Source: Haliotis cracherodii
Taxonomy: Eukaryota
NCBI RefSeq assembly: GCF_022045235.1
Contig: NW_027266268.1
Coordinates: forward strand, 12,648,001-12,712,000
DNA: 64,000 nucleotides
Direction: 5' to 3'
Shown: piece by piece, positions 36,311-51,418 of the stretch
Numbering within the stretch: the stretch's first letter is position 1
Layout: the number at the start of each line of letters is the position of its first letter
The notes under the pieces: generated by a model
Seen by the model: the letters and a program-made list of their open reading frames with translations, nothing else
What the model was told of the DNA's origin: nothing
Database searches by the model: none
Position numbers and translations under genes: made by a program

Positions 36311-38462
36311 AGGTGCACTTTCAGAAGTCCATTTGTTGTTTTAGCCGTGATTTCGTCCTGATGTCAGTCAAACTATTTCTGTACTCAATTCCGTGACTTC
36401 TACACGAATATGTTAAGAGATAATTTCAATACGAATTCACCCTTAAAATCCACCATTTCAACACTAATAGTCTATTGCTAAATGCTATGATTTCAACACT
36501 AATACTCTTGCACAAAACGCTAATAATCTATTGCTGAGTGCTATTATTTCAACACTAATACTCTTGCACAAATACGATAAATGCGATGATTTCAACACTT
36601 ATAATCTCAACAAAAGTCATGATTTCAACAATAATACTTTGCAGTGAGCCATGAGTTCAACGCTAATGCAAGTACACAGAATGCAATGATTTCAAAACTA
36701 ATACTAACATTTTCTTTAGATAATGAGATTGCTTTAGCTTTGCTAGATATTGTCAGAGTGAAGACGGGGACTGAAGCTTCATGATGTTGTTCAAAAAGCA
36801 TTTGATAGTGCCATAAGTTTGACGTAATTCCAGCTTTGATCCAAGCCATATAAAACTAAATACTAGTAGTTACACATTTCTGTGTTAGTGTCCTTACTTT
36901 ACTGTGCAGCGGTTTGTGTCTGTTTCGTATGTGTGTATGTGTGTGAATTGAGGTTTATTGAATCCACATACGTGTTTTGGAATAAAGCACACCGATGCCC
37001 CCAAACCCGTACCCCCATCCGAACCCGCACACGCACGCACATGCACGCATGCACGCACGCACGCACACGCACACACACACACAGACACACATATCCTTTT
37101 GTTTGTAAAGAACGCAGATAGAACTTTCTTGACATTTATTAGATTGCTTATACATACTTTGGATCTATTTTTACAATGACATATTGGCATGTTAGTATTA
37201 AATCGCTGTGAACAAATGCTGCTCTACTTGTGATTGTAAGTGATTTCAAACTTTAGTCAAACAACATATTTGATTAGCTGGGATAGGTTACCTTCAAAAC
37301 AATAGACATTTTACGAAAATAAGTTTTGCTGTCAACATGTTGGCACATCTTGATAAAATCGTTTGAGAATAATAAGGGAACAAAATTTTCCTGTGACGAA
37401 CAGATGAATCACCCATGTTAAAAACATAAATCAAAGAAAAGATATAATGTTTATTTGTTTTCAAACTGAAATAATAATTACAACACAGCAGTCATGAAAA
37501 TCAGATGCGGCAAATTTTTGAATAAGCAGTCTACCTCATCACAGCAGATATCTTACATTAAAATACGAAACAAATACCTCAGAGGTCAGGATAAACAACA
37601 CAGTAACCATAGAAATATACTGGATCAAAAATTTAAAAAAATAATTTCATCAGAACCATTTCCGGAGCGACTTTATGCGCTGGGCGATATCTCATGATTT
37701 CATATCACTGTCAGCTACAGTTTTTGTGTTATTCTACGTGATTAAAATAGCTGTCTGAACAGTTATCTTACTTACTTACTTACTTTGGAGATTTAACGTG
37801 CGCTTTCCGACTGATGCGTATTTCGCACACGGACAGTTATCATTGTTGACTTATTTATAAGAATTGCCTTCAATATTGGTTTTGTTTGATGGATCTATAA
37901 ATGTAGGAGACCGGTGCGCCCGGATTTACAGTGTGGACGCAACGTTTATTGCTCTTTAAACAAACAAAATCCCATTGTCATTTCATAGAAATACTGTCCA
38001 CGTGTATTACAAAAAGAGAAAACATTAGCCGGACATAAATATGTTCTGTGTCCAACAAAAGACTCACGATTTCTCCTAAATTTCAAATGTTTCGTCCCCT
38101 ACTGCTGTACCAGTTGCGGATGCGCCACTCACATAATGTGCATTAAAAAAACAACAAATATGTGCTCCTGAGGACACACAGCAGTACTCCTGCCATGCGA
38201 CAGTGGTCTGTAAACAATGTGATCTATGGACAAGACAATCCAGTGACAGCTTTGTCGTAGAGTGTATGATACATCCTTTCCATGTTTTGCACAAAGATTT
38301 CTAAAATTTTGCACCAATTAATCACATTTCCTCATAAATATTTCGCTGCCGTCATGAAAAATGAAATAGTCATCCAGGATTCAGTTAAGGGATGCCACAG
38401 AGCATGTTTCTGCCTCTCAGTATAACAATAACGTTTGGTCTTGAGCACGAAACAAGAGTTTA

Positions 38463-38792
38463 GGTGAGGTGAAATTGGGCTAATCGTCGCCTTCAAGAGT
38501 ATTGCACCTATACAGCGACATGTCTAGTGTATGCTTGTACAAGTCAAGACTGATGCCGGTTTTATATATAGTGCTAGCCCACTGAGATACTGTGCCACCT
38601 AATTATGCCAATAAAACAGAGCATACTGACTGCGAGCTGACCAGTTCTTATCCCCTTATGCCTAGCACAAGGCAGGGTAATAACAAGTTTGATCTGTCAA
38701 CGTTTTTTTGGTATCACGCGACCTGGGATCGAACCACCGGCCTTCAACTCTCCAGGCAGACGCTCTCTTTCCACAAGACAACGGAAGCGATC
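38463..38792 (-). mobile_element. Old tRNA-derived SINE (third type); a possibly related decayed copy lies at ~42793-43110 (+)
   Basis: Minus-strand GGTTCGATCCC B box at ~38725-38735, an A-box-like start and a tail resembling the other SINE tails. Confidence 0.5.
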
Positions 38793-39255
38793 TGCATGAA
38801 GCAAGTTCGGACACAGATCTATGTACACGATAAAAAAACTGAAAATACATTGATATTGAATAATGGGACATAATGAATTGACAATGATGAATAGAAAAGT
38901 CATCAAACTTTATCTTTCTAAATTGATAGGTGTGCGGACTGACGGAGTCACAACGTCTACTCGACATGAATGACTTCTGTACAAGTTAAATACAATATAA
39001 TCATAGAATTCAGAAAACCCGGTTAGACTTGTTAATACACACAATTATCGTAGAACCTCCAGTATACATGTCCATTGTGTGTCAGATTAACTGCCTCATT
39101 ACTTATGAGCCATATCACTGGAGGTCGTCATCAGTAGGTCAAGTGTTGCCTGTCAGTGGTCAGCGTCAGAGTTGTTAAGTGATCAGATACGGAACTCATC
39201 TGTGGTCAGCATTCAGTGATCACCGTTTGGCGAAGCAACGCAGAAACTTGGCGCA

Positions 39256-42200
39256 TTAAAGTAAAGGACCTCTGCGTTGTAGTGTAGCTGTAGAATTCCT
39301 GAATCGGGCTTGGCGTAATCTAGCTTTTTTCATCCACTGAAACAGCAAACCCACGTAAATGTAATGCAGGTATTGACAGCATCGTAGCTAAAATATATAT
39401 CGAGAAGGTAGCAGAACAAAGAACGTATGCTGCCTCCACGATACACGAAGAATCATCATTCAAATATGATTACATTTTTCTTGAAACTGAACTGAAATGT
39501 AAACAGTCATTATATTCTACTACAAGGGAAATTAAGGGACACATTGCTCTTTTTGAGAGGCTGCATGTAAAGAAATGAACTCAATCTTTGAATCTATTTT
39601 TTCATCGGTGTCAGACAACAGAACTACAATATCAAAAATATCACGTTGTAAAGGTGTCCTTTGGATTTAAAAGGTAATAAAGCAATCATCATTTATGTCA
39701 TTGGGTTTTAACCCCCAAGAGTAGTGATTCAAGTGAACCCAAAAAAATATGCGTGTATAAACATAGGGTGTGAGTGAGTGAGAGAGTGGATTAACGCCGC
39801 TTTTAGCAATATTCCAACAATATCACGGCGGGGGACACCGGAAAATGGGCTTCAAACATTATACCCATATGGGGAATCGAACCTGGGTCTTCGACGTGAC
39901 GAGCCAACGCTTTAACCACTAGGCTACCCCACCGCCCCTTTAAACATAGGGACACAGGTACACATGTACAGGTTGAGGGGTGGTACAAATGAAACCAATA
40001 TAGATATGTGTATAAACAGAGGGACACGGATAGAGGGGTGGTACAAATGAAACCAATGTAGATATGTGTACAGAGGGACACAGGTAGAGAGGTGGTACAA
40101 ATGAAACCAATATAGATATGTGTATCAACAGAGGGACACAGATAGAGAGGTGGTACAAATGAAACCAATATGGATATGCGTATAAACATAGGGACACAGG
40201 TAGAATGGTTGTACAAATGAAACCAATATAGATATGTGTATAAACAGAGGGACACAGGTAGAGGGGTGGTACAAATGAAACCAATGTAGATATGTGAACA
40301 GAGGGACACAGATAGAGAGGTGGTACAAATGAAACCAATATAGATATGTGTATCAACAGATGGGACACAGATAGAGGGGTGGTACAAATGAAATCAATAT
40401 AGATATGTGTATAAACATAGGGACACAGGTAGAATGGTTGTGTAAACAGAGGGACACAGGTAGAAGGGTGGTACAAATGAAACCAATATAGATATGTGTA
40501 TAAACAGAGGGACACAGGTAGAGGTGTGGTACAAATGAAATCACTGACAATGTATGAGTATGAACATTGGGACACAGGTTGTGTAGTGATGGTATAGTTA
40601 CAACATATTTATCAACACCAACCACGTCTCCAACATAAGTCAGTATAAAGTCAGCCATGAGTGGGATCAGAGTGACTCCTGGCCCTCCTACCTCTGTAAA
40701 TGTCATGTCAAAGCAGCACCACCACATAAAGTCCACGTAATGACCATCATACACCTGGCCGACCTTCCCCTTGGCTCTCTGTGCCACCCGTCTCTCGCTG
40801 TACTTCAACGCCAATCTGAAATAAAGTATAGAGTGAGATCATGTACACACATGTTGCAAGGTTGTTTCCCCTCCCTGTCTTCTGCTCTCCATGTAAGAGT
40901 TGTTTCCATAACATAACCAAATCATGCCCATCTACTGATTATCTGTGAACATGTACTGCATAGATTACAGCTGTAGCTCAACATGTCACTAATTACATAC
41001 TGTCAGGGTATTTTTATATACATTCTACCTGTGAATTGAGACCAATATATACAACACTGAAAATGGAGTGCTTATGTGGGCAACAGTGCATGTACGACTT
41101 GTCTGACGTTCACTTAACATTTTACTGCCGCTTCAACCGATATTGTTCTTTAAACTCAAACGGACCACAGCCAGGAGAAAGATCGATTGTTATTATGATG
41201 CACTACCTCGGGAAAACGTGTGTATTCCTAAATTTGCTGAAACATATCTGTTTACAAAATATATACAATCTCCCGTTAGTTAATACATTACTCTGATATT
41301 ATGCATATGATAATAATATCTTTTAAAGATACTTGTTAGTAAATGTCTGGGGAAATAAATGAAACCGATACAGGCAGTAGACCTTTACAACTTGCAGTTA
41401 ACAAGGGCGGCCTGAAGTAAGAGGGTACAGGCGAAAGTATCATATAAAGACACTACCAGTAGACGTCTCCACACCTAGCGCTGGGACCCCTGGGTCTGTT
41501 ACTCGGCATTTCTCAGAATCACTGTTTGGAGACCTGACCATTGATTAACCTTTGCATGAATGTATATATGAAAGCCGTCATAGTACACAAAATGTTTATA
41601 TTGGGCCATGCGTTGATTATGTACAACGTTGTACGCAAACTGGTAAATTGTATTGCATTTTTTATTGTATTTTGTGATGGACAACATTCAACATCATGAC
41701 AAACTGATGTAATATCGAACATACAATCAGGTAGATTACACAACTGTAGTGACCAGCATACATCATGTGAACGTCACACTTACGTCGTACATGAAATGAA
41801 AGGCTCCTCCACATTTATTGGTTCTAGGACGATCTTCCGAGTCTCCTTATCCCGCATGATGATCATCCCGTCTCCTGCAATACACACCTAGAGGTAGGTC
41901 ACATGTCTACACACTGCATACAGTCATGGAGGGGTGACCAACTATTGTGAGAGTGAAATGTTAGGAACTAAATATCTCGTATACATTTAGACTGGCATAC
42001 TTGGTAATAGTAACATAGTCTCGTAGAATCAGGTAACTGAGAAAGGCAATCATCTAGTTTGATCTCGGAGAATCAAACAGGGTTATCTTAAAATTACTAC
42101 TATCACTGTATTCAAGCCTCTGACACTAAGAAGCCTGTATGATGATAGTGAGTGAGGTTTCACATCACTGTAGCAGTATTTAAGCAATAAAAGGACTTAA

Positions 42201-43893
42201 TGATCAGTCATTACGTTTGATCTTGAGAACACTGTACTTAAATGGGGAAACTAACATAAGACTTCAATATCTTTAATTACTTTAACAACCCCTATACCCA
42301 ACTTGTTCGTATGAGTTGTGGACATAGAGAAAAGGGTTTTCCCGTATTCCGAACGATTTGCAATTCAAAGTTTGTCCGTCTCAAGCTGTTGACAGTCTGA
42401 ACAATACACGCTCATTTAGTTCAGGACGAAGCAGTGAGATATCTCTGATATTTATATATATATATTTAGGTGATTATTAGTAGCAAGGTAGTACATACCG
42501 AATGTGGCAATTGTTGTCAAAAATACGTTTGTATCCGCATTATATTACCTCAACACCCCCACAGTATTACATACCACACCGACCACACTGGGGAAAAGAT
42601 ACTTCAACTATATCAGTTAACACTGGGCCATGTATCCAAACAGTAACAAAGTTCTACAAGCAGATGCTAGTGGGTCATATCACGCTATTTCACTAAAGAT
42701 CGATCACAGATTATTTGGGATTTTATAAAAAATCACAATTAAGGTAGGTAATACACAATATTCGGTAGCAAATTTGACATTTTCTATGAGTGGACCACCT
42801 CCATGGTTTAGTGGATAGATCATTTGCACCGAGAGCGGAAGTTCGGTGACTGTCCCGTGGCCTCGTCACATCAAAATAGTGTAACCTGCCTGGTGCCCGG
42901 CATTAAGGCGAAAAAACAAGAACTAGTCAGACTGGAGACATTATACATGTCAGTGACTAAGTGGAGTATACATGTTAGACTGCAGCATGATTTCTCAGTT
43001 GGCTGAATCTGTAAAACCGTCATTTCTTAGTCCGGACTAGTACACACAGCGTTCATGCATGTCTCAATAGATGTGAAATAATCTTGAATGCGACATTTAA
43101 ACTCAATTTCACTACACCTCATTTGTCACTAGTCTGTAGTGAGTCTTTACATGTATGTCAACAAAGCGCCACTAGAGATATAGAGGGAGTTTAAAAAAAT
43201 ATTCTATCTCACCTGCATAGATAGACACACGTTGTGTATTTTCAAAAAACACAAAATTCCCCAGCTTCAGTTTTCTCCCCTTCCTGTCTACAAGTCTCAC
43301 ACTGGTAGTCGTGTGCACAGTGGAAGTTGATCTCAGGTCACGTGATGCATCTGCAAAACCGATTCATGTACATATGATGCTACTTCTTTAAACCAACAAA
43401 CCCATCCTGCTAAACGATAGGCAATACGCTTGACTCAAGTAGAATACAAAATAAAAGGAAAGTGTGCAAATCTGTGTATGACAAGTAATTTATAGAGTCT
43501 CATTTTTAAAAGTAATCAAAGTTTATTTAATTTCACTGAAGACATGAGCAATTGTGGAACTAAACTGAATTCATTCTGTTGGAGAACAGCCCCACTTCCT
43601 CTCTGATATTAGTATGTAAAAACCCATTTACATCGTCATGTGTATTGACTGAGTGAGTTCGACCAACTTGACCAGCATTTTGTAATGTCACAGCGTATCC
43701 TTAGTTTTGTATGGGGAACATTACCTTGTGTCACATCACGTTCCTCTGTTGGATGACACTGTTTGCAATTGTAGGTGTTGTGGGTGATGTTGGTGATGTG
43801 GCAGTTGCTATAATAGATGTTGTTGTTGTCGCCGACCTGCATTCCCCCCTGCTGTGTGTCCATCACTAACGTTGTCGACGGTCTGACGGCCAT
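39256..43893 (-). CDS. Uncharacterised ~200-aa protein with N-terminal RHIM-like motif and possible PH-like C-terminal domain; exons 43893-43725, 43350-43213, 41874-41784, 40815-40692, 39336-39256
   Basis: Five exons with canonical CAG acceptors and GT donors join in phases 1,1,2,0 with no internal stop. The motif is GGMQVGDNNNIYY. The last exon is the least certain. Confidence 0.65.
39944..40560. repeat. ~55-bp intronic minisatellite (~11 units)
   Basis: Recurrent GGTACAAATGAAACCAATATAGATATGTGTATAAACAGAGGGACACAGGTAGAG. Confidence 0.88.
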
Positions 43894-45199
43894 GACTGTG
43901 ATAGGAAATATTCAAAAATAAGCCGAACATTCCTGCATAGTAACTGTAAACTATTTACTCACAAATTCAGGCACCTGATGCATGCTCGTCGCCGATCTGT
44001 TCTATGACCCTAAACTATTTATACACAGTGGCGCCATCAACAAGTATACTCTTCGAGAGAAACATATTTGAAAATGTTACAATTCGTGTTGTAATCGACA
44101 GTCAGGTGACCGCGAGCGGTTATATTTAGCAGTGATCTTGGTCAAAATCGCTTAAAATATTACATGTGCGTACTTTTCTTTCAATTCGTGTTGGGCACGC
44201 GCTGCTAAATATAGTCGCTTGCAGTCACCGCAGTCGGATTGTAACAGCGTGATCAAAACTCAGTTTATTATTTGGAAAATGGAGGTTACTGTTAGTAATA
44301 ATCCTCATAGGCGAAATGTCTTGTGTTCACTTTATAAGTAAAAGCATACAATCAGCTGTCTTTGTTAATGAATCATCGCGTTTTTTCGTGATTTTATTTC
44401 GACCCGTGAAGATCCGGGGTAGAATAGGTCTTCAGCAACCTTATATGCTTAAAAGGCGACGATGCTTGCCGTAACAATCGACTAGCTGGATCGGGTTGTC
44501 AGGGTCGGTGACTTTGTTGATGCATGTCATGATCTGATATCCCAACTGCGTGAAGTTTGCGCCTCTATGTTCATTACTATGGGTATCGGGGTTAAGCTTC
44601 ACCCGGAGGGCCATCCCAGTTCCCCTTTAAATAGTGCAGGTGGGAGCTACATGACTGAGTTATCTCCCTTACACAAGTCAATTTCTGTATGTAGACAGCA
44701 TGTATTAATTTCTAGGACAAAGACATTTTTCAATAGGATCAAATTCTCGTCTAAAACACAAATAAGGTAAACCAATAACGTCGGTCATGGAATAAAACAA
44801 TTACATTATGAAGACCACTGATCGAATCAATAGTCCATCAATATTGACTGACGTGAACAGCCTCCACACCTCTCCAGTGTTTGACAACAGACACACAAGT
44901 GGTTCCTCAAACATAATTTGTTAGCTCATAGGATGTACATGCATGTTTCACCTGGACAATTCATAAGGGGAATCACCTACACACGAACACGTGACACGCG
45001 ATTAGATTTGTGACAAGGACATGCGTCATACAATTACGGAGCTTGGCTCCAGCTTGACACACACAGAAGACACAGCAGGGAGTGTAGGGTAGGCCACTGG
45101 GGCGTGTTTTGGCTCGTCACGGTACTTGCTGCTTTAATCAAACAATGTCAAGGAGGCCGGACACACTGCAAGTGATCACCGTGACTGGTGTTCACGAGT

Positions 45200-45479
45200 G
45201 AGTGAGTGATTTGGGTTTAACGTCGTTTTTAACAGTATTCCAGTGATATCGTGGCGTGTCAGCTTAATGTGGGATGAAAGACCGAAGTGATGCAGGTCTC
45301 AGACGTTTGCCACATCGGTGAAACCCACGAGCACGGGTATGGTGCTGACAAACCTAGAAACATAATCGGGGCGAACCAGGATTCGAACCCAAAGTCATAG
45401 GTTTCTGGCGTGTCCAAGGGACGCAACTCTACGCAGCAAATCGCGGTGATTCAGACGACTGGATCACCCGTGCCCCCGA
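45200..45479 (-). mobile_element. SINE-like insertion with 12-bp target-site duplication
   Basis: GTGTTCACGAGT lies on both sides (45188-45199, 45480-45491). A B-box-like GGTTCGAATCC and an (ACTC)n tail are on the minus strand. Confidence 0.6.
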
Positions 45480-48400
45480 GTGTTCACGAGTTGGTCCTGC
45501 ATTACCACACAAAGGGTATAACCTACCGACATACATTTCACATCGACAGTTTATCATTTACTCAGTGTTCCTGTTTTGTGAAATATATGATAATGTTGGT
45601 GTTCTTTCAGTGTAGGGGCGGTCGGGTAGCCTAGTGGTTAAAGCATTCGCTCGCCACGCCGAAGACCCGGGTTCGATTCCCGACATGGGTACAATGTGTG
45701 AAGTCCATTTCTGGTGTCCCCCGCCATGATATTGCTGGAATATTGCTAAAAGCGGCGTACAACCATACTCACTCACGCACTCCTTCAGGGTAAGACTGTT
45801 GACCTCCAGCTGCCCGTGCTAGTGGTATGAGGCGGCTAGGTTCATCTGGTACTTTCATCGAATTCCCATGTGCACCAACACTTGCATTTGATGGCGTTCC
45901 CCTGATAGATATTCATTATGAATTTGATGCTAGAACTCATGTTCGAATCTCAGATATTTCCATTCCTAATACATGCATGTGTTTTAATAAATAGACACGT
46001 TTAATCAGAAGATTTCTTGTTTCATTCTTTTCAACCTCGATCCCTCTCTCAATGATGGAGCCCGTTACTTAAAGGTCCTAACACAGTGCCTCCATATAAC
46101 ATCAAAATAAAGGTCAGTGATATTGGGATGTTATGCAGAATGCATGATAAACAATGTGTTACGTTTGTATCATTCAGTATTTAGAAAAATAAAAGTAGAA
46201 ACAATTAATTACTTTTGTGTCAATACTGATGTCAATACTGATGTCAATGCTGATCAGGAACAACAGTTGTCCACAACACAGCAATTGGCAGTGTAGAGTT
46301 GCCTCCCTTACACTGGAAGTAAACCTGTGATCGAGTCACTTCGGGCTTTCCTCACACAGAGTAAGCTGATAGGCCGTGATATGACTGACTGTGGACAGCT
46401 GCGTTGAACCAAATTTCACTCACTCACTCACTTCTTTATACAATAGGCTTTACATCATGAAATTTGGATTGGGTTTAATAAGTTTCATAGTTAGTCTTCG
46501 TTCTTATATGAACTATATAGTGGGATTCTATCACATTATGTGTATTCAATAATGCCAGGGTATATCACAGAACGACTCGGCAGTATCCGACAGGTAGGTA
46601 TCGTTGTACACCTTCAAGGGAGATGAGAATGTCAGTTTAAAATTTCACTACTCCACTGAAGGGGTCATTATGTCATGCGCCTTGAGTAAGTGAGTGAGTA
46701 TAGTTTTACGCTGCTTTTAACACTTTTCCAGCAATATCACGGCGTGAGAAGCCAAAAAGGGGCTTCACTCATTGTACCTTGGTCGGGATTCGAACCTGTG
46801 CTTTCGTTGTGAGGAGTGAACGCTTTAACTACAAGGCTACCCCACCACCATTTTCATACGCTTTAAACACGACCCCTCTATGCCTTGGAGTTTTTCGCCT
46901 TATATCTTATATTCTATTCATCATTATATCCAGGGAGATAGGAATAGGTTTAACACAAGCATGAAGTCTCATGTCAAGAAAGTGTGAACAATACTTACAC
47001 CGGTACGTACCCCATGTATTTCTAAGACGACACTGAATGCAGATACTGGAATTATAAATGTCTCAGATTGATAAGGCGACATGTCAAATGTCTTTGTATG
47101 AACGGGTGTTGGGTCATATCCTACTGTCTGACTACTTAAAGCAATGTATTAAAGTGAATGGAACGGACAAACCAGTGACTGAAAGGACGTGCAAAGCTCC
47201 ACGTCATCGGGGCACGAAGACACTCAATGAATCAAGTCACAGAGCCTGACCACCCTATCCATGTAAGTGGACTCGTCCGACATGAATAGGATACGGGGAC
47301 AGTGTTTCTCAACATTCCAACAGGACGAAACTTTGAAGATTGTGTGGAAAATTAAAACTTATCTCAGATAAGAGTTTAGTAGCTGCTATCACTATTTAAA
47401 TAAACACAGACAGACAGACATACACATACACGCACGTGCCTCCAAACAAGATAGTGAGTGAGTGAGTATGGTTTTACGCCGATTTTAGCAATATTCCAGC
47501 AATATCACGGCGGGGGACACCAGAAATGGGCTTCACACAATGTACCTATGCCGGGAATCGAACACGGATGAGCGAACGCTTTAACCACTAGGCTACCTGA
47601 CCGCCCCGCATCCATACACATCCATACATACCGACATACATATAAATAATAATGTATGCCGAGGCGTGTAAATGTTCGGCAGTGTGTACCTGCCTTCGTA
47701 TGTTAGGACTCAATATTGACAACCCGCGAACCTAGAAGTGATATAAAGGTAAGTTATCTCCCTTTAGTTGAACAAACCATTATTTAGTCTATTTATAGAC
47801 ACAGCAAAGAACTATCTTTACAGCTTTCGTCATTTTAAGAAGGATCAAATACATGTTCGAAAAACACAGAAAACTAAAAAAACTGTACTTTTACACTGAG
47901 CACGGACATTTATATTATCATCGTCAAAGCATCAAACCACTGCGTCCATGTTATCGATGAAGACGAGGACAGACTCCCTACTCCCCTGTGGTTGACAACA
48001 TGTCGGCCTGGCGTTCCTGATATATGGTTACTTTTGCCGACCCTAGAAGACACAAGTTGCATACAGAGAGTACCATGACGCATAAGGATGATATTACTTA
48101 CTCGGTTGATGTAAATAAATGCAGACTCGTCACAGCAGCAACCCTATCTGTATTACCTGTATTTTTCACCTGGGAAATACGCAAGGGGGAATCCCCTACC
48201 TGATCACGTGATGCGTTTGCTGAGAAGCTATTGGCACAAGTATCAGACAATGTATATTGCACACGACAAATGCATGACAAATGCATCCCAACAACAAGCA
48301 ATGATGGTTATTGATACAGAACGACGGCTGACTGTACAACTGATTTAGGGATATGATTTTGAAATGCCACCAGACGAGAATGTTACTAGCTCCAGTTATT

Positions 48401-51277
48401 TCCAATGCTTACATATATTGCTCCATATTAGAGCCACAGAGCAGATTTGTTCGTATGATGCTCAAATTCTCAATTTCTTGAATATGAGCTGGGTAAGATT
48501 TTGATTGCTCTGCATTATGAAAGACAATTTTTTTAAAATCAGTTAATTGAAACACGGAACAGGCATGTTAAAAAAGCATGTTATCTAAGAAAACGCTGGC
48601 CGTTAAGACACGCGCACGCAAACACATGAAGATAAAGGCCTTCAGCGACCCATGCTTGTCGTGAGAGATAGCGATCGGGATTGATGCATGTCATCGTATC
48701 TGGTCTTGACTCGAATATTTACAGACCGCCGTGCAGCATTAAACGACAATCAAACAGACATATAAGCTCCTCACAGTGATAGTACGTTCCCAGTGCTCTC
48801 TTCACAGAGCTACAGAGTGTCCCATAGTGTTTTCCAAATAGATTCCTGATTCGGAGAATACTACACTAAGAACATTTACATAATGTACACGAATCGTTTT
48901 CAAAATGGTGTACTTATATTTATATAAAATGTAATTTATATAATCATTTAACAATTTTCTATGTACTTATCGGGTTGGAATCACCACGAGAGTACGGATT
49001 TTTGGCCGGGTAAAAATTATCGGTCCAGTTTTCAGCTCGATAATTATTTTTTATTGTTCTGGCACGATCTAATATACATATAGTCGTAGATGAATGCAGA
49101 GTGTCTTAGGAAGTGAATCTTGCTGCATTTGTCGTTAGATCACGACGCATGCATTTTACTGAAGAATATTAAGTGCGATGCAGATTTGGGTCGGGGATCT
49201 ATAAGGAAAACACTATGGGACAACAAGTAGCTGTGTGTAGCGAAAAGTCAATATCGTTTATAGGGAGCAGCACTGAGATACGGTTACCACAGCTGTCTCG
49301 AACCCATCTGTTACACAAACAAACGTAAATTCATCTGGGAAATAGCAAGTCAAAAGTAAAACTGTTTTCCGACTCTCTAGAATGGCATTCCCACACACAT
49401 AAAAAAAATGTCACTACATAAGAGGTTAAAAGGTAAAGTTTGTAAAAGTTTACAAATGATTGTAAGGGACAGTTGCACACTGGTGACATTGATGGTACCG
49501 GGAAGGTAACGAAGGTGTCACGAGCTGGGAAAGAGCTTGATACAAATTATTTTTATCTCACCTTACAGTAAAAAATTAGCTACTGATTAAAATACTAGCT
49601 ACTGATTGGTTGGGCTTATTATTTTGCATGTTGCCGGCTCGTGAAGCCCACTGAGAAATCAATGGTAACGTATCTTAGGAAACTTGCTTATCTCGCATAA
49701 GTATCGTTGAGCTGAAATGAACCGATGTTTGTACGACTGCGTTGGGTAAAGGGAAGTAATTTGGTTCGTTTGTGTCGTTTGCAAGCTGTCAAAATGGCTG
49801 AATCAAAGCGTTTACTCAGTTAAACTTCGGACACATATTCCGGATCTGTATGAATTAATATCGGTGAGATGAATTTGTTATCAAGCGATCCCTCGGGGCA
49901 TATGGTGTGATGTACCTCGTGTGTGAGCCAATGTGTCTAGCGGCTTGGGTACATAAGCTCACACGCGGGGTACATCTTGGGGTACATAGTCTTACATATA
50001 CTCACGCGCAGATTAAATCACACCTTTACCCCTCCAGATGGGTTGACAGCTTGTAATGTTATTGTCTATTTATAGACACAGCACATAACTACCGTGTGGA
50101 CATCGTCATTGTTACGCAGGATCAAAATACTTATCTTAAATACACAGTAAAAATATAACTGTGTACGTTTAACACTGAATACCATCTTTGGATTACGGGG
50201 ATCATTCGTCCATCTGAACTATACAATATACATGAAAGTACCAGCTGAGCACAGCCACCATATCTGCCCTGTTGTCGACAACGGACGCCTACTGTGATGA
50301 CAGATGCCAACACAGGATGACTTATTATGGATACAGAGTTATAATGATGTATTATGATGATGGTACTTACTCAGTTGATATAATTAACTGCAGATTCTGC
50401 CACAGTTCCTCTACTTGTATTACCTGTGTTTTGAACCTGGTATTCACATACTGGGGAATCCCCTACCACATCACGTGGCGCGTTTACTGACCAGGTATTG
50501 CCTTAAATCTCATACAATGTACGCATCACCCTAACTCAGACTGTTTTCATAACGACAAGCCAGGCAAGGACGAGTGTTGTCTGCTGGCGGCACAACATAT
50601 TTAGCCACATCATATCAAGTTGTCACTGGCTTTACATATTCTTTTTAAAAATAATCGCCAACGTTTCATGTGTTTTTTTCATTACATGCAACTATACATT
50701 GCTCTCCTATCATACCAACAGAGCAGAAGTTCTTTTGATTGTTTCGTATCGTATGCTCTTATGCTCACATACAGCAACAAGAGACACAACACGTCATACT
50801 CTCTTAGAGGTCGTCGAAAGCTCAGCTCTTTATTCATACTGTTAAAATTACTACGATTATATATTATTTTTTTTTTTGGTAGACTTGCCCGTTCTCTGGG
50901 TCTTCTTGCAAAATAAATACTGACATAAAGTTTCCATAACAATTGGCATTGTCAGATATGCAAGGATATCATAAACAGTCAGGGAGGTTGGACATGCATT
51001 GAGGGAAGTGATCCCAATTAGGTTTTTTTTCTAAGGATTGTTGCCGAATGTTGGAACCCATCTTACTCGTCCACTGAAACTGAGCAATGGGGCAGCATCG
51101 TTCAATACATACATATAGGGCAGGGACATAGAAAAGCTTTCTTCAAATCACACTATCACAGTATGAATGTAGGGATCCACTATGACGTCACAAGACCTGA
51201 ATATACAGGAAGATGGGGGAGCAATCCTCATTAATCAGGATTGGTCATGTAATCATACGCACGCACTCACACACGCA

Positions 51278-51418
51278 NNNNNNNNNNNNNNNNNNNNNNN
51301 NNNNNNNNNNNNNNNNNNNNNNNNNNNNNNNNNNNNNNNNNNNNNNNNNNNNNNNNNNNNNNNNNNNNNNNNNNNNNNNNNNNNNNNNNNNNNNNNNNNN
51401 NNNNNNNNNNNNNNNNNN
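51278..51418. other. Assembly gap (N run) over a CA-rich microsatellite resolved in copy A
   Basis: Flanks match ~11527 and ~11587. Confidence 0.97.

Noticed and set aside
39803-40575. Hydrophobic 194-211-aa ORFs
   Set aside because: Translations of the ~55-bp minisatellite and adjacent SINE.
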